NCBI GenBank assembly: GCA_963851265.1
Contig: CAWKNZ010000005.1
Span: forward strand, 32,001 to 96,000
Source of the DNA: an uncultured Gemmatimonadales bacterium
GTDB lineage: Bacteria > Gemmatimonadota > Gemmatimonadetes > Gemmatimonadales > Gemmatimonadaceae
Direction of reading: 5' to 3'
Length of the DNA: 64,000 bases
The position numbers and the translations under genes were made by a program. Below are positions 8,520 to 24,293 of this stretch, piece after piece (positions within the stretch are counted from its first letter, which is position 1; each line of letters opens with the position of its first letter). The notes under the pieces were generated by a model. The model saw only the letters and a program-made list of their open reading frames with translations. It was not told the origin of the DNA and ran no database searches.

Positions 8520-11288
8520 ATGCCGCCAGCCAAGAAGACCGCGCCAAAGACGCAGAAGAGTGGGGCCGACGTCGACGCGCTCGGCCGGCGCTCCCTCGTC
8601 ATCGTTGAATCGCCTACCAAGGCCCGCACGATCGGCCGCTTCCTGCCGCGCGGCTTCCGCGTCATGGCCTCGGTCGGCCACGTCCGCGACCTCCCGCAGA
8701 ACGCGAGCGAGATCCCGGAGAAGTACCGCAAGGAGCGCTGGGCCCGTACCGGCGTCGACGTCGCCAACGACTTCGCCCCGCTGTACGTCGTCCCGGCGAC
8801 GAGTCGCAAGGTCATCAAGGACCTCAAGGACGCGCTGAAGGACGCCGACCAACTCATCCTCGCGACCGACGAAGATCGCGAGGGTGAGAGCATCTCGTGG
8901 CACCTCCTGCAGGAGCTCAAGCCCAAGGTGCCGGTGCGTCGCATGGTGTTCCACGAGATCACCGAGCCCGCCATCCGCCGCGCCCTGAGCGAGTTCCGCG
9001 ACGTCGACGAGAACCTCGTTCGCGCCCAGGAAGCCCGCCGGATCGTCGACCGCCTCACCGGCTACACGGTGAGTCCGCTTCTCTGGACGACCGTCGCCCC
9101 GCGCCTGAGCGCCGGCCGCGTGCAGAGCGCCGCCGTGCGCCTCGTCGTGCAGCGCGAACGCGAACGCCGCGCCTTCCGGAGCGCCACGTGGTGGGACGTC
9201 ATCGCCGACCTCGAACACGCGCGCCAGCGCTTCGAAGCGCGGCTCGTCGCGTTGGGCGGCAGGCGCCTCGCGACGGGGAAGGACTTCGACAAGACCACCG
9301 GCAAGCTCTCCGCGGCCGCCGCCAGGGACGCCCTCCTCCTCGACGAGCCCGCCGCGCGCGCGCTCGTCGAGCGCCTGACGGGCCGGCCCTTCGTCGTCGT
9401 CGACCGCGAGGAGGAGCCGTTCACCACCAAGCCGGCCGCCCCGTTCACCACGTCGACGCTTCAGCAGGAGGCCAGCCGCAAGCTCGGACTCGGCGCGCGC
9501 GACACGATGCGTACCGCGCAGGCCCTCTACGAGCGCGGCTTCATCACGTACATGCGGACCGATTCGGTCAATTTGAGCGACGAAGCCATCTCGGCCGCTC
9601 GCGCCGCGGCGGCAGAGTTCGGGCGCGAGTACGTTCCGCTCCACCCGCGTCGGTACGCCACCAAGAGTGCTAACGCGCAGGAGGCGCACGAAGCCATCCG
9701 CCCGTCGGGCACGACCTTCCGCAAGCCTGACGAGACGGGCCTGGACGGCCGCGACCTGCGCCTCTACGACCTGATCTGGAAGCGCACCGTCGCGAGCCAG
9801 ATGCCCGACGCACGCCAGGTGCGCGTCACCGTCACGCTGGATTGTGAGGACGCGCGCTTCCGCGCGTCGGGCAAGCGGATCGAGTTCCCCGGCTTCATCC
9901 GCGCCTACGTCGAAGGCAGCGATGACCCGGACGCCGCGCTCGAGGACCGCGAGGTCATCCTGCCGGCGATGGACAAGGGCGACCGTCCCTCCGCCCACGC
10001 GCTCCGCCCCGACGGACACGAGACGCAGCCCCCGGCGCGGTACACCGAGGCGTCGCTCGTCAAGGCGCTCGAGGACTTCGGCATCGGCCGCCCCAGCACG
10101 TACGCGAGCATCATGGACACCATCCAGGCCCGCGGCTACGTGCGCAAGGACGGCAAGGCGCTGGTCCCGACGTTCACGGCCTTCGCGGTCACCGCGCTGC
10201 TCGAAGAACACCTCGCGCCGCTCGTCGACACCGAGTTCACCGCGCGCATGGAAACCGAGCTCGACGAAATCGCCCGCGGCGAGCAGGACCAGCTCTCCTA
10301 TCTTCGCGAGTTCTACTTCGGCGACGCCCAGCACCCCGGCCTCGAACCGATGGTCCAGCACGGCGCCTCTGCGGTGAAGAACGAGACCGGCGGCGCCCGC
10401 CGCGTCGAGCTCGAAGGGCTCGGCGCCGCGGTCCGCATCGGCCGCTACGGCCCGTACCTCGAGTTCGAGGAGGACGGCCAGAAGGTGCGCGCCAACCTCC
10501 CCGACACGGTCGCGCCCGCGGACCTCACCGACACGATGGCGCGCGAGCTCCTGCGCCAGCGCGCCGACGGGCCCCCATCGTTAGGCACCGACCCGGCCAC
10601 CGGCCTGCCGGTCTACCTCATGAACGGGCAGTACGGCCCCTACGTCCAGCTCGGCGAGGCTGGTGAGGACGAGAAGCCCAAGCGGGCATCGCTGGCCAAG
10701 GGCATGACCCCGGAGACGATCACGCTCGACCAGGCACTCGGCCTGCTCGCCCTCCCGCGCACCCTCGGCAACCACCCCGAGACCGGCCAGGCGGTCAAGG
10801 CGAGCGTCGGCCGCTTCGGACCGTTCGTCGTCCACGCGAAGGGCGGCCCGGAGGGCAAGGACGACTTCCGCTCCGTTCCCGCCGGCGAGGACGTGCTCAC
10901 CATCTCGCTCGCCCGCGCCGTCGACCTGCTCGCCCAGCCGAAGCGCGCCCGCGGCGCGGGGGCCGGCGGCACGGTCCAGCCGCTTCGCGACCTCGGCGTC
11001 CACGCGCCCACCGCCCTGCCAGTCCTGGTGTTCGAGGGACGCTACGGCCCGTACGTCCAACTCGGCGCGACCCCGGCCGACCGCAAAACCAAACCCGTGC
11101 GCGCGACCCTCCCGAAGGATGTGCAGCCCACGGAAATCACGCTCCCGCAGGCGGTCGCACTGCTCGAAGAGCGCGCCGGATCGCTGCCGGCGGCGGGCGC
11201 GCGCAAAGGTGCAGGGAAGACCACGGCGAAGCGCGCGGCGGCCAAGCGCGCGCCCGCCAAGCGGGCCGCGCGACCGCGCGCGGCGTGA
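8520..11288 (+). CDS. topA: DNA topoisomerase I
   Basis: [41 protein letters not shown] and GIGRPSTY. C-terminal GRYGPY-type repeats and a Lys/Ala tail. Confidence 0.97.
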   Translation: MPPAKKTAPKTQKSGADVDALGRRSLVIVESPTKARTIGRFLPRGFRVMASVGHVRDLPQNASEIPEKYRKERWARTGVDVANDFAPLYVVPATSRKVIKDLKDALKDADQLILATDEDREGESISWHLLQELKPKVPVRRMVFHEITEPAIRRALSEFRDVDENLVRAQEARRIVDRLTGYTVSPLLWTTVAPRLSAGRVQSAAVRLVVQRERERRAFRSATWWDVIADLEHARQRFEARLVALGGRRLATGKDFDKTTGKLSAAAARDALLLDEPAARALVERLTGRPFVVVDREEEPFTTKPAAPFTTSTLQQEASRKLGLGARDTMRTAQALYERGFITYMRTDSVNLSDEAISAARAAAAEFGREYVPLHPRRYATKSANAQEAHEAIRPSGTTFRKPDETGLDGRDLRLYDLIWKRTVASQMPDARQVRVTVTLDCEDARFRASGKRIEFPGFIRAYVEGSDDPDAALEDREVILPAMDKGDRPSAHALRPDGHETQPPARYTEASLVKALEDFGIGRPSTYASIMDTIQARGYVRKDGKALVPTFTAFAVTALLEEHLAPLVDTEFTARMETELDEIARGEQDQLSYLREFYFGDAQHPGLEPMVQHGASAVKNETGGARRVELEGLGAAVRIGRYGPYLEFEEDGQKVRANLPDTVAPADLTDTMARELLRQRADGPPSLGTDPATGLPVYLMNGQYGPYVQLGEAGEDEKPKRASLAKGMTPETITLDQALGLLALPRTLGNHPETGQAVKASVGRFGPFVVHAKGGPEGKDDFRSVPAGEDVLTISLARAVDLLAQPKRARGAGAGGTVQPLRDLGVHAPTALPVLVFEGRYGPYVQLGATPADRKTKPVRATLPKDVQPTEITLPQAVALLEERAGSLPAAGARKGAGKTTAKRAAAKRAPAKRAARPRAA

Positions 11289-11399
11289 CGCGACACCGCG
11301 CGCCCGACGGACTGACCGGATGATGACGAACGGTACGTAGCAGCGGGGCCGCGCCCGGCCGCCGGCCCCACACACCGAGCCTCGCGCTATACTGGCCGG

Positions 11400-12779
11400 A
11401 TGCGCACTCCGGACGAGATCACGGTCGTCGGCGGCGGACTCGCCGGGAGCGAGGCGGCGTGGCAGTTGGCCGAGCGCGGGTACCGGGTCGCGGTGCACGA
11501 GATGCGACCCGTACGAACGACTCCGGCGCACAAGACCGACCGGCTCGCCGAGCTGGTCTGCTCCAACACCTTCAAGAGCACCGAAGTCACCACCGCGCAC
11601 GGGCTGCTCAAGGCCGAGATGCGCGAGCTCGGCTCGATGATCCTTACCGCGGCGGACGAGGCGCGCGTGCCCGGCGGAACCGCGCTGACCGTGGACCGCG
11701 CCGTGTTCGCGGCCGGCGTGCACGCGCGCGTGTCGGAGCACCCCAACGTGCGCATCGTCCGCGACGAGGTGACCGCACTCCCCGACGTCGGGATCGTGGC
11801 GACGGGGCCGCTCACCTCCGACGCCCTCGCCGAGGTGCTCGCCGCCCGGCTCGGTCAGCAGTCGCTCGCCTTCTACGACGCGATCGCGCCCGTCGTCGCC
11901 GTGGAGTCGATCGACGCCGCGGTGACCTTCCGCGCCTCGCGCTGGGGGCGCGAGACGATGGACGGCGCGGCGGAGGCCGGAGCGGCCGAGGGTGCGTACC
12001 TCAACTGCCCCATGGAGCGGGGCGAGTACGAGGCGTTCCTCGACGCGCTCGTCGCGGCCGACCAGACGACCGCGCACGAGTTCGACGCGGTGCCCTACTT
12101 CGAGGGCTGTATGCCCGTCGAAGAGATGGCCCGCCGCGGGCGCGACACGCTGCGCTTCGGGCCGCTCAAGCCCGTGGGGCTGGTCGACCCGCGCACCGGC
12201 CGGCGGCCGTGGGCGGTCGTGCAGCTGCGGCAGGAGGACCGCGCCGGGCGCATGTGGAACCTCGTCGGCTTCCAGACCCGGCTCCGGTATCCCGAACAGC
12301 AGCGCGTCTTCCGCCTCATCCCGGGGCTCGGCGGGGCCGAGTTCCTGCGGTTCGGCTCGATCCACCGCAACAGCTACGTCAACACGCCCGCCGCGCTCAC
12401 GCCGCACCTGTCGCTGCCCGACCGCGCGACCACGCTCGTCGCCGGGCAGCTCACGGGCGTCGAGGGCTACACCGAGAGCACCGCGACCGGGCTCCTCGCC
12501 GCGATCAACCTCGACCGCCTGCTGCGCGGCCTCGCGCCCGTGCTCCCCCCACCGACCACGATGCTCGGGGCGCTCTACCGGCATCTGCGCGAGGCCGACC
12601 CGCGCCACTTCCAGCCGATGAACGCCAACTTCGGCCTCGTCGACGACCTCGACGAACCGGTGCGCGACAAGTTGACGAAGCGGGCGCGGATGGCGGAGCG
12701 CGCGCTCGCCGACTTCCGCGCGTGGCGCGACGACGCGTTGGGCGCGGGCGCGCCGGCCTCGTTAGGCGCGGCCGCGTGA
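11400..12779 (+). CDS. trmFO: tRNA (uracil-54) methyltransferase TrmFO
   Basis: GGGLAGSEAA, ELVCSN, YFEGCMPVE, LRFGPLKPVGL, GFQTRL and GVEGY. Confidence 0.96.
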   Translation: MRTPDEITVVGGGLAGSEAAWQLAERGYRVAVHEMRPVRTTPAHKTDRLAELVCSNTFKSTEVTTAHGLLKAEMRELGSMILTAADEARVPGGTALTVDRAVFAAGVHARVSEHPNVRIVRDEVTALPDVGIVATGPLTSDALAEVLAARLGQQSLAFYDAIAPVVAVESIDAAVTFRASRWGRETMDGAAEAGAAEGAYLNCPMERGEYEAFLDALVAADQTTAHEFDAVPYFEGCMPVEEMARRGRDTLRFGPLKPVGLVDPRTGRRPWAVVQLRQEDRAGRMWNLVGFQTRLRYPEQQRVFRLIPGLGGAEFLRFGSIHRNSYVNTPAALTPHLSLPDRATTLVAGQLTGVEGYTESTATGLLAAINLDRLLRGLAPVLPPPTTMLGALYRHLREADPRHFQPMNANFGLVDDLDEPVRDKLTKRARMAERALADFRAWRDDALGAGAPASLGAAA

Positions 12780-13723
12780 CGGAGCCCGCCGCGCCACTCG
12801 CCCCGGAGGTCGCCGAGTACCTCGAGCACCTCGCCAAGGAGCGCGACGTCTCGCCGCACACGCTCGCCGCGTACGAGCGCGACCTGCGCGGCCTCACGAG
12901 CTTCCTCGGCCGGCACCGCGGCGCGGCGGCCGGTGTCGTGTGGGCCGAGATCACGCGGCAGGACCTGCGCGCCTACCTCGGGCACCTCACGCGGCGCGGG
13001 CTCGCCAAGCGCTCCGTCGCGCGCGCGCTGTCGAGCGCGCGGAGCTTCTTCCGCTACCTGCACCGCGAGGAGTTGGTCCCCGCCAACCCGGCGCGCGCGG
13101 TCTCGAGCCCCAAACCCGAACGAAGGCTGCCGGCCTACCTCGACCAGAAGCAGACCGCCGCGCTGTTCGCGCTCGCGGAGGCGCGCGCGGCCGACCCGTC
13201 GGCCCGCTTCGCCGACGTCCGCGACCTCGCGATGCTCGAACTGCTCTACTCGGCCGGGCTCCGCGTGAGCGAGCTGCAGGGCGTGAACGTCGGGGACCTC
13301 GACCTGCTCGCGGGACAGGTCAAGGTGAGGGGGAAGGGGCGCAAGGAGCGCATCGTCCCGGTAGGCACGAAGGCGGTCCGCGCGCTGCGGCAGTACGAGG
13401 CCAGACGCGAGGAGATCGTCGCGCGGGTCGGACGGGGAGCCGAGCGTTCGGCCGTGTTCCTGACCGACCGCGGGCGGCGGATCAGCGTCCCCGCGGTCCA
13501 GCGCGCGGTGGTGAAACTGCTGCGCACGATCGACGACGAGCAGGCGCTGTCGACGCACTCGCTGCGGCACACCTTCGCGACGCACCTGGTGGACGCGGGC
13601 GCGGACCTCCGGGCGGTGCAGGAACTGCTCGGGCACGCGTCGGTCGCGACGACGCAGATCTACACGCACACGAGTGTGGAGCGGCTGAAACAGGCGTACC
13701 GACGCGCGCACCCGCGGGCGTAG
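12776..13723 (+). CDS. xerC: Tyrosine recombinase XerC
   Basis: SPHTLAAY, RDLAMLELLYSAGLRVSEL, GKGRKER, HSLRHTFATHL and LLGHASVATTQIY. Lies in topA-trmFO-xerC-hslVU synteny. Confidence 0.92.
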   Translation: MTEPAAPLAPEVAEYLEHLAKERDVSPHTLAAYERDLRGLTSFLGRHRGAAAGVVWAEITRQDLRAYLGHLTRRGLAKRSVARALSSARSFFRYLHREELVPANPARAVSSPKPERRLPAYLDQKQTAALFALAEARAADPSARFADVRDLAMLELLYSAGLRVSELQGVNVGDLDLLAGQVKVRGKGRKERIVPVGTKAVRALRQYEARREEIVARVGRGAERSAVFLTDRGRRISVPAVQRAVVKLLRTIDDEQALSTHSLRHTFATHLVDAGADLRAVQELLGHASVATTQIYTHTSVERLKQAYRRAHPRA

Positions 13724-13798
13724 CGGTTCAGCGGCGCGCCCCGCCCGGCCGGACGCTCGGGCTCGCCGAAGCGCACTGAACTTGCACGGCCCCCGGGC

Positions 13799-14239
13799 AT
13801 GTCTCTCGAGACACTCCCGCGACTCGTGGGCTCCCTGGTCCTGCTCATCGGCCTCGCCGTCGTCGCCGACGCGTCGACCCCTCCACTCACGGCCGCCCGT
13901 CGCGAGCGTCGCCGCCGTGCCCGGGCCGTGCCGAGTCGGGCGGGGGAGTCCGCCGTCGGCGCGGGCCTGCTGCTCGTCGGCGCGGCGCTCGTCGGCGGCG
14001 ACCAGTGGCGATGGGACACCGTGGCGGTGTTCGCCGGGACGGTGCTGCTGCTCGCCGGGATCGTGCTCAACTGGCGTTACCTGCGCGAGCGGATCACGTT
14101 CCGCGGCGCCGCCCGCCGCGGGCGCACCGCCGACGACGACCGTCGCCACCTCGGTGATCCCGTCGCGCCCGAGCCCCACGCCGATCGGCGGCCCAACGAC
14201 CGCCGGTGGACCGAGCGCCGGGACCGCGCGGGCCGATAG
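13799..14239 (+). CDS. Hypothetical membrane protein (about 3 TM segments)
   Basis: Three hydrophobic stretches. Fills the xerC-hslV gap on the same strand. Confidence 0.65.
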   Translation: MSLETLPRLVGSLVLLIGLAVVADASTPPLTAARRERRRRARAVPSRAGESAVGAGLLLVGAALVGGDQWRWDTVAVFAGTVLLLAGIVLNWRYLRERITFRGAARRGRTADDDRRHLGDPVAPEPHADRRPNDRRWTERRDRAGR

Positions 14240-14312
14240 CCCGCCCCGGCACCGTAGGCCCCGCGACCCACGGCCGGTCGCCGTGCGCGGCCGATCGCGC
14301 TAGCGTGTCCGC

Positions 14313-14882
<570 letters not shown>

Positions 14883-14946
14883 ACGCCGCGCCGTCCGGCA
14901 TGGGTCCGTCCGTGGGACCGAGTTGAGGACGGTTAGCTTTCCCGGG

Positions 14947-16395
<1,449 letters not shown>

Positions 16396-16399
16396 CCCC

Positions 16400-17344
16400 A
16401 TGACCGAACCCGAGCTCGCGACCGACCCCGATGCGGTGCAACACTTCCTCGCCATCCCCGCGCTCACGCGGCCGGCGTTGGTCGGGCTGCTCGACCTCGC
16501 CGAGCGCATGCGGCGGGGCGCGTACACGCGCCGCCCGCTCGAGGGGCGCACGCTCGGGATGATCTTCACGAAGTCGAGCACCCGCACGCGCGTCTCGTTC
16601 GAGGTCGGCACGTTCCAGTTGGGCGGGCACGCCCTCTTCCTCTCGGGGCGCGACGTGCAGCTCGGGCGCGGCGAGCCGGTGGCCGACACGGCGCGCGTGC
16701 TGTCGCGCTACGTCGACGGCATCATGATCCGCACGTTCGCGCACCGCGAGGTCGAGGAACTCGCGCAGCACGCGACGGTCCCGGTGATCAACGGGCTCAC
16801 CGATCTTCTCCACCCGTGCCAGGTGCTCGCCGACCTGCTCACCGTGGTGCAGCACCTCGGCGGCGTCGACGGGCGACGGGTGGCGTGGATCGGCGACGGC
16901 AACAACGTCGCGAACTCGTGGCTCAACGCCGCGTATCGCTTCGGCTTCGACCTCTCGCTCGCGTGCCCCGAGGGGTATGAACCTGACGGCGAGCTGCTGG
17001 CGCGCGCGCAGACGGCGGCGCGGGTCGCCCTGGTGCGCGACCCGCGCGAGGCGGTCGAAGGGGCCGACGTGGTGACCACCGACGTGTGGGCGTCGATGGG
17101 GCAGGAGGGGGAGCAGGAGCAGCGTGCGCGCGCCTTCGCCCGCTTCCAGGTGAACGCGGCGCTCATGGCGCGTGCCGCGCGCGACGCGATTTTCCTCCAC
17201 TGCCTGCCGGCGCACCGCGGCGAGGAGGTGACGGACGACGTGATCGACGGGCCGCAGAGTCGCGTGTGGGACGAGGCGGAAAACCGGTTGCACGTGCAGA
17301 AGGCGCTGATGGCCGCGCTGATCGGTGGCGAGCCGCTTGTGTGA
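16400..17344 (+). CDS. argF: Ornithine carbamoyltransferase
   Basis: SSTRTRVSF, HPCQ, TDVWASMG, FLHCLP and AENRLH. Confidence 0.96.
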   Translation: MTEPELATDPDAVQHFLAIPALTRPALVGLLDLAERMRRGAYTRRPLEGRTLGMIFTKSSTRTRVSFEVGTFQLGGHALFLSGRDVQLGRGEPVADTARVLSRYVDGIMIRTFAHREVEELAQHATVPVINGLTDLLHPCQVLADLLTVVQHLGGVDGRRVAWIGDGNNVANSWLNAAYRFGFDLSLACPEGYEPDGELLARAQTAARVALVRDPREAVEGADVVTTDVWASMGQEGEQEQRARAFARFQVNAALMARAARDAIFLHCLPAHRGEEVTDDVIDGPQSRVWDEAENRLHVQKALMAALIGGEPLV

Positions 17345-17374
17345 CGCCGCGCGCGGCGTGACCTCGCCGCCGCC

Positions 17375-17815
17375 GTGACCCCGCTCCGCCGCGCGCTGCT
17401 CCTCGTGGGGTGGGCGGTCCTGCTGCTCGGGCCGCTCGCGGGCGCCCTCGTCTTCGTGCGCGCCGAGGACCCCACCGCGGTCGCGTACGGCAGCACGCCG
17501 CCGAGTCGCGCGCTGGCGGCGCTCGAGGCGGCCGTCCCGGCCGGGGTCGTCGCCGGCGCGCTGTTCTCCGTGGTGGCGGCGCGCGTGCGTCGGTCGGGCA
17601 CGCTGCTCGCACGACCCGACGAGATGCTGGTCGCCGCGAGTCAGCTCGCTGGGTGGTTGCTCGCCGCGGTCGGCGCGGTGCTCCTGCTCGCCGCGATGAT
17701 CTTCGGCGGGCCGCCGGGGATCATCGGCGGGTTCGCGACGTTCATCGTCGTCTTCTCGCTCGCGGGCCGCGGTCGTCGCCGCGCGGCGGGAGACAATCGC
17801 CGCGCCAAGCTCTGA
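17375..17815 (+). CDS. Hypothetical membrane protein
   Basis: Four hydrophobic segments, same strand between argF and bcp. Confidence 0.55.
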   Translation: MTPLRRALLLVGWAVLLLGPLAGALVFVRAEDPTAVAYGSTPPSRALAALEAAVPAGVVAGALFSVVAARVRRSGTLLARPDEMLVAASQLAGWLLAAVGAVLLLAAMIFGGPPGIIGGFATFIVVFSLAGRGRRRAAGDNRRAKL

Positions 17816-17817
17816 AC

Positions 17818-18306
17818 GTGTCCGCAACGCCTCCGAATCCACTCCCCGCCGTCGGCTCGCCGGCGCCCGCGTTCGCGGTGCGCACCGATGCGGACGTGCC
17901 GCTCGCCCTCGCCGATTTGCGAGGACGCGTGGTCGTGCTCTACTTCTACCCGAAGGACGACACCACCGGCTGTACGGCGGAAGCGTGCGAGTTCCGCGAC
18001 ACCTTCCCGCACTTCGACGGGTCCGGCGCGACGGTGCTCGGCGTGAGCCCGGACTCGGTCGCCTCGCACGTGAAGTTCAAGGCCAAGTACGCACTGCCGT
18101 TCACGCTCCTGGCAGACCCCGACCACGCGGTGGCGGAGGCGTATGGCGTGTGGCAGGAGAAGTCGATGTACGGGCGGCGGTACATGGGCGTGGCGCGGAC
18201 GACGTTCGTCATCGATCGCGACGGACGGATCGCCCGCGTGTTCGAGCGCGTGAAGCCTGCGGGCCACGCGGCAGCGGTCGCGGCGGCGGTGGCCGACCTC
18301 GGCTGA
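17818..18306 (+). CDS. bcp: Thioredoxin-dependent thiol peroxidase (BCP)
   Basis: LYFYPKDDTTGCTAEACEFRD, YGVWQEKSMYG and RTTFVID. Confidence 0.93.
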   Translation: MSATPPNPLPAVGSPAPAFAVRTDADVPLALADLRGRVVVLYFYPKDDTTGCTAEACEFRDTFPHFDGSGATVLGVSPDSVASHVKFKAKYALPFTLLADPDHAVAEAYGVWQEKSMYGRRYMGVARTTFVIDRDGRIARVFERVKPAGHAAAVAAAVADLG

Positions 18307-18405
18307 ACGGGTGGGAGGCGGCACGCGTCCTGCCACCTCCCCCGAGATTCGCCGCCGGCTCTCGGTCCCACTCGCCGGCGCGCCCAATCTTCGGAGACGC
18401 ACGCA

Positions 18406-19008
18406 ATGGCCGACAAGACGCAGCAGAGGAACGAAGACAACGCCGTCCCGCTCGAGAAGAAGCTCGACGACCTTTACAAGCTCATCGACGGCATCGAGGT
18501 CGCCCAGTTCACGACCCGTCGCGCCGACGGCAGCCTCGTCTCGCGTCCCATGCAGGTCCAGCGGCGCGTCGAAGGGTCGGACCTCTGGTTCATGACGAAC
18601 GGCGAGTCGCACAAGCTCGAGGAGCTGGCAACCGACCCGCACGTGAACTGCGCGTTCTACAACAGCTCGTCGCGCGAGTGGGTGAGCGTGAGCGGAACGG
18701 CCGTCGTGTCGCGCGACAAGACGTTGATCCACGACCTGTACCAGCCCGACTGGCGCGCGTGGCTCGGCGACGAGGGCGGAAACCGTGACGGCGGCCCCGA
18801 CGATCCGCGCATCACGCTCGTGCTCATCGAGGCGCACTCGGTCATCTATTCCAAGAAGGACCGCCCCGCGCCGGTGCAGCTGTTCGAGGTCGCGAAGGGG
18901 ATCGTGACGGGCACGCCGCCCAAGATGAGCGACACGCGCGAGCTGAGCGCGTCGGAGCTGGCGCAGGCGCCCGCGGTGAGCGGGAGCAAGGCCTCGGCCG
19001 ACCTGTAG
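18406..19008 (+). CDS. Pyridoxamine 5'-phosphate oxidase-like / general stress protein 26 family
   Basis: LVSRPM, LWFMT..SHKLEE, WVSVSG and GPDDPRI. GGAGA ribosome-binding site upstream. Confidence 0.85.
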   Translation: MADKTQQRNEDNAVPLEKKLDDLYKLIDGIEVAQFTTRRADGSLVSRPMQVQRRVEGSDLWFMTNGESHKLEELATDPHVNCAFYNSSSREWVSVSGTAVVSRDKTLIHDLYQPDWRAWLGDEGGNRDGGPDDPRITLVLIEAHSVIYSKKDRPAPVQLFEVAKGIVTGTPPKMSDTRELSASELAQAPAVSGSKASADL

Positions 19009-19038
19009 TCGGTCGCCCCAGCACCGTTCGCGAGTGCT

Positions 19039-19081
19039 GCGGCCCGCGCCTCGACCATCGGGCGCGGGCCGCTAGTTTTTT
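19039..19081 (+). terminator. Probable intrinsic terminator
   Basis: 12-bp stem GCGGCCCGCGCC/GGCGCGGGCCGC followed by TAGTTTTTT. Confidence 0.6.
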
Positions 19082-19117
19082 CCGGCCGCCCGTCTTCCGT
19101 CCCGCACCGCCGTCCTC

Positions 19118-20278
<1,161 letters not shown>

Positions 20279-20324
20279 CCCCCGCGCGCAGCCGGCGCGG
20301 GCGGCCAACCGGAGGACCGCGGGG

Positions 20325-20930
20325 ATGACGGCAGGAACGACAGTCACGGGATTCACGGGCTCGGTGCCGGCGACGCTCGCGCGCAACTGGTGGGCGGTGG
20401 CGCTGCGCGGCGGCGCGGCCGTGCTGTTCGGGCTGCTGACGATCGTCAACCCGGGCGCGACCCTCGCCACGCTCGTGCTGCTCTTCGGCGTGTTCGCCCT
20501 CGTGGACGGGGCGCTCAACATCGTGGCGGGGCTCCGGCGCCGCGAAGGGGGCGGCGCGTGGGGCGGGCTGCTGCTCGCCGGCGCGCTCGCCATCACCGTC
20601 GGCGCCCTCACCATCTGGTACCCGCGCAGGACCGCCGCCTTCCTGCTCTACATGGTGGCCGCGTGGGCGATCGTGACCGGGGCGGGGCAGGTCCTCACGG
20701 CGGTGCGGCTCCGCCGCGAGATCCGCGGCGAATGGCTCCTGATCGTGAGCGGGGCGTTGTCGGTGCTGTTCGGCGTCGTGCTGCTCGCGGCACCGATCGC
20801 GGGCGCGCTGGTGATCGCCGTCTGGATCGGCGCGTACGCGCTGTTCGCGGGCGTGCTGCTGCTGGCGCTCGCGTTCCGGCTGCGCGGGTGGGCGCGCGGC
20901 GGGGCGCGCGCGCTCGCCGCGCAACGTTAG
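20325..20930 (+). CDS. HdeD / DUF308 family membrane protein
   Basis: WWAVALRG...FGVFALVDG, WAIVTG and LRREIRGEWLL. About six TM segments. Confidence 0.85.
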   Translation: MTAGTTVTGFTGSVPATLARNWWAVALRGGAAVLFGLLTIVNPGATLATLVLLFGVFALVDGALNIVAGLRRREGGGAWGGLLLAGALAITVGALTIWYPRRTAAFLLYMVAAWAIVTGAGQVLTAVRLRREIRGEWLLIVSGALSVLFGVVLLAAPIAGALVIAVWIGAYALFAGVLLLALAFRLRGWARGGARALAAQR

Positions 20931-20940
20931 GCCTACGCGC

Positions 20941-21449
20941 ATGGCCGAACGGGTCGCGGTCCTCACCGTCTCCGACACGCGCACTGCGGCCGACGACGGT
21001 TCGGGAGACGCGATCGTGGCGTGGGCGGCGGCGCGCGGCGCGGCGCTCGCCGCGCGCGGGCTCGTGCCCGACAGCACGCTCGCGATCGCCGCACAGCTCG
21101 CGGCGTGGTGTGACGCGGACGCGGCCGACGTCGTGCTCACCACCGGCGGCACCGGCCTCGCGCCGCGCGACGTCACGCCCGAGGCGACGCGCGCCGTGAT
21201 CGAGCGCGAGGCGCCCGGGATCGCGGAGTGCATCCGTGCGGCGTCGATGGCGACGTTCCCGCGCGCCGCGCTCTCGCGCGGGATCGCGGGGACGCGCGGC
21301 GCGACGCTGATCGTCAACCTGCCCGGCTCGACCGGCGGCGTGCGCGACGCGCTCGCGGCGCTCGAACCGATCCTCACACACGCGGTGAACGTGCTCCGCG
21401 ATCGTCCGACCGACCACTCTGGCGGCAGCCCTTCCCGGGAGGCGTCGGC

Positions 21450-21453
<4 letters not shown>
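20941..21453 (+). CDS. Molybdopterin adenylyltransferase, MogA/MoaB family
   Basis: LTVSD, TTGGTGLAPRDVTPEAT, LSRGIAG and NLPGS. Confidence 0.9.
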
Positions 21454-23162
<1,709 letters not shown>

Positions 23163-23422
23163 TCTGGTGCGCCGACCTCAACGCTTGCGCGTCCGGACGC
23201 GACGTTCCAGCTTCCCGCCCGGTAGCCGACATGCCGCGCGTCACCTGACGCGTCTTCTCGCGCGCGGGCTCGGCGCCCACCCGCACCAGTTGCGGGTGCT
23301 GGACGCGGGCCGCGGCAGATTTCTGGTTCAGTCCGCTGCCTCCTTGCTGCTTCCGCGCCGCGCCCGGCCGGGAGGCGGTACCCCCTTCGTCGTTCGACCG
23401 CGCCTCGCCACCGATCGCTGAC

Positions 23423-24274
23423 GTGCCGTCCTCCACGCCGCACGGCTTCGGGCCGGCGCCGAGTGTAGCCCAGACCGAGCCGGCGCCGCCGGCTTCGATC
23501 CCGATTGGTGATGCCGAGGCGTTGCTCGCGACGTTGCCGAGCATCATTTCGGCGCGTGTCGTTGGCTCGCGACATGGGGGCGTCGGTGAGATCCACGTCC
23601 TCACGGGTGCCGACGTCGCGCCGCGGGAGACGGTGCGCACGGTGGAGCGTGCGCTTCTCGATCGGTTCGGCGTGCGCGTGGAACATCGGCGCATCTCGGT
23701 GGCGACGACCACGGGTCCGCTGCGGAGTCCGGCGTCGGTCGGCGGACCGCCGCGCCCCGGGTCGGTTGGCGACGTCGAGACGGGCCCGGACGCGACGCCG
23801 ATCGTCGCGGGCGCCGCGCGTCGGCCGGCCGACGCGCGGCGCCTGTATTTCGAGGACGTCGAGGCGCGGCGGTCGGCACGCGGGGGCATGTCGTGCCGCG
23901 TCGTGCTCCGGCGTGGCGATGCGCTCGCGAACGACGAGGACACGCTGGTCGAGGGGGAGGCCGAATCGCCGAGCACGATGCGCGTGCAGTCGGACGAGAT
24001 CGCGGCGCGCGCCGCGCTCGACGCGCTCGCGCGCGGCGAGGCCGGGGCCGCGTCGTTCGTGCTCGAGGGGAGCGCGCGCGTGGCGGCGTTCGGGCGCGAG
24101 TTCGTGCTCGTGGGTGTGGTGGTGCGGCAGGGGCGTGGGGCGACGCTCCTGACGGGCAGTGCGGAGGTTCGGGAGGGCGGAGCCGAAACTGCCGCGGTAC
24201 TCGCGATCCTCGACGCGACTAACCGGTGGGTCGCGCGGGGCGTCGAGGCGGGCCGTCGGGCGCGCGCGGCGTAG
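23423..24274 (+). CDS. Conserved-looking hypothetical protein
   Basis: Ordered alpha/beta pattern (EIHVL..PRETVRTVERALLDRFG..HRRISVA and AAVLAILDATNR) with genome-typical codon use. Confidence 0.65.
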   Translation: MPSSTPHGFGPAPSVAQTEPAPPASIPIGDAEALLATLPSIISARVVGSRHGGVGEIHVLTGADVAPRETVRTVERALLDRFGVRVEHRRISVATTTGPLRSPASVGGPPRPGSVGDVETGPDATPIVAGAARRPADARRLYFEDVEARRSARGGMSCRVVLRRGDALANDEDTLVEGEAESPSTMRVQSDEIAARAALDALARGEAGAASFVLEGSARVAAFGREFVLVGVVVRQGRGATLLTGSAEVREGGAETAAVLAILDATNRWVARGVEAGRRARAA

Positions 24275-24293
24275 CGGGCGTGGCGCCACCGCG

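Noticed and set aside
12776..13723. Tyrosine recombinase as a prophage or island integrase
   Set aside because: It has XerC-type motifs and sits in the housekeeping topA-trmFO-xerC-hslVU context, with no att sites or cargo genes.
19009..19117. Glycine riboswitch upstream of gcvT
   Set aside because: The spacer is only about 110 nt, is mostly one hairpin and lacks recognisable aptamer motifs.
23322..23342. Sigma54 promoter downstream of the activator gene (CTGGTTCAGTCCGCTGC)
   Set aside because: GG-to-GC spacing is 11 nt rather than the required 10.
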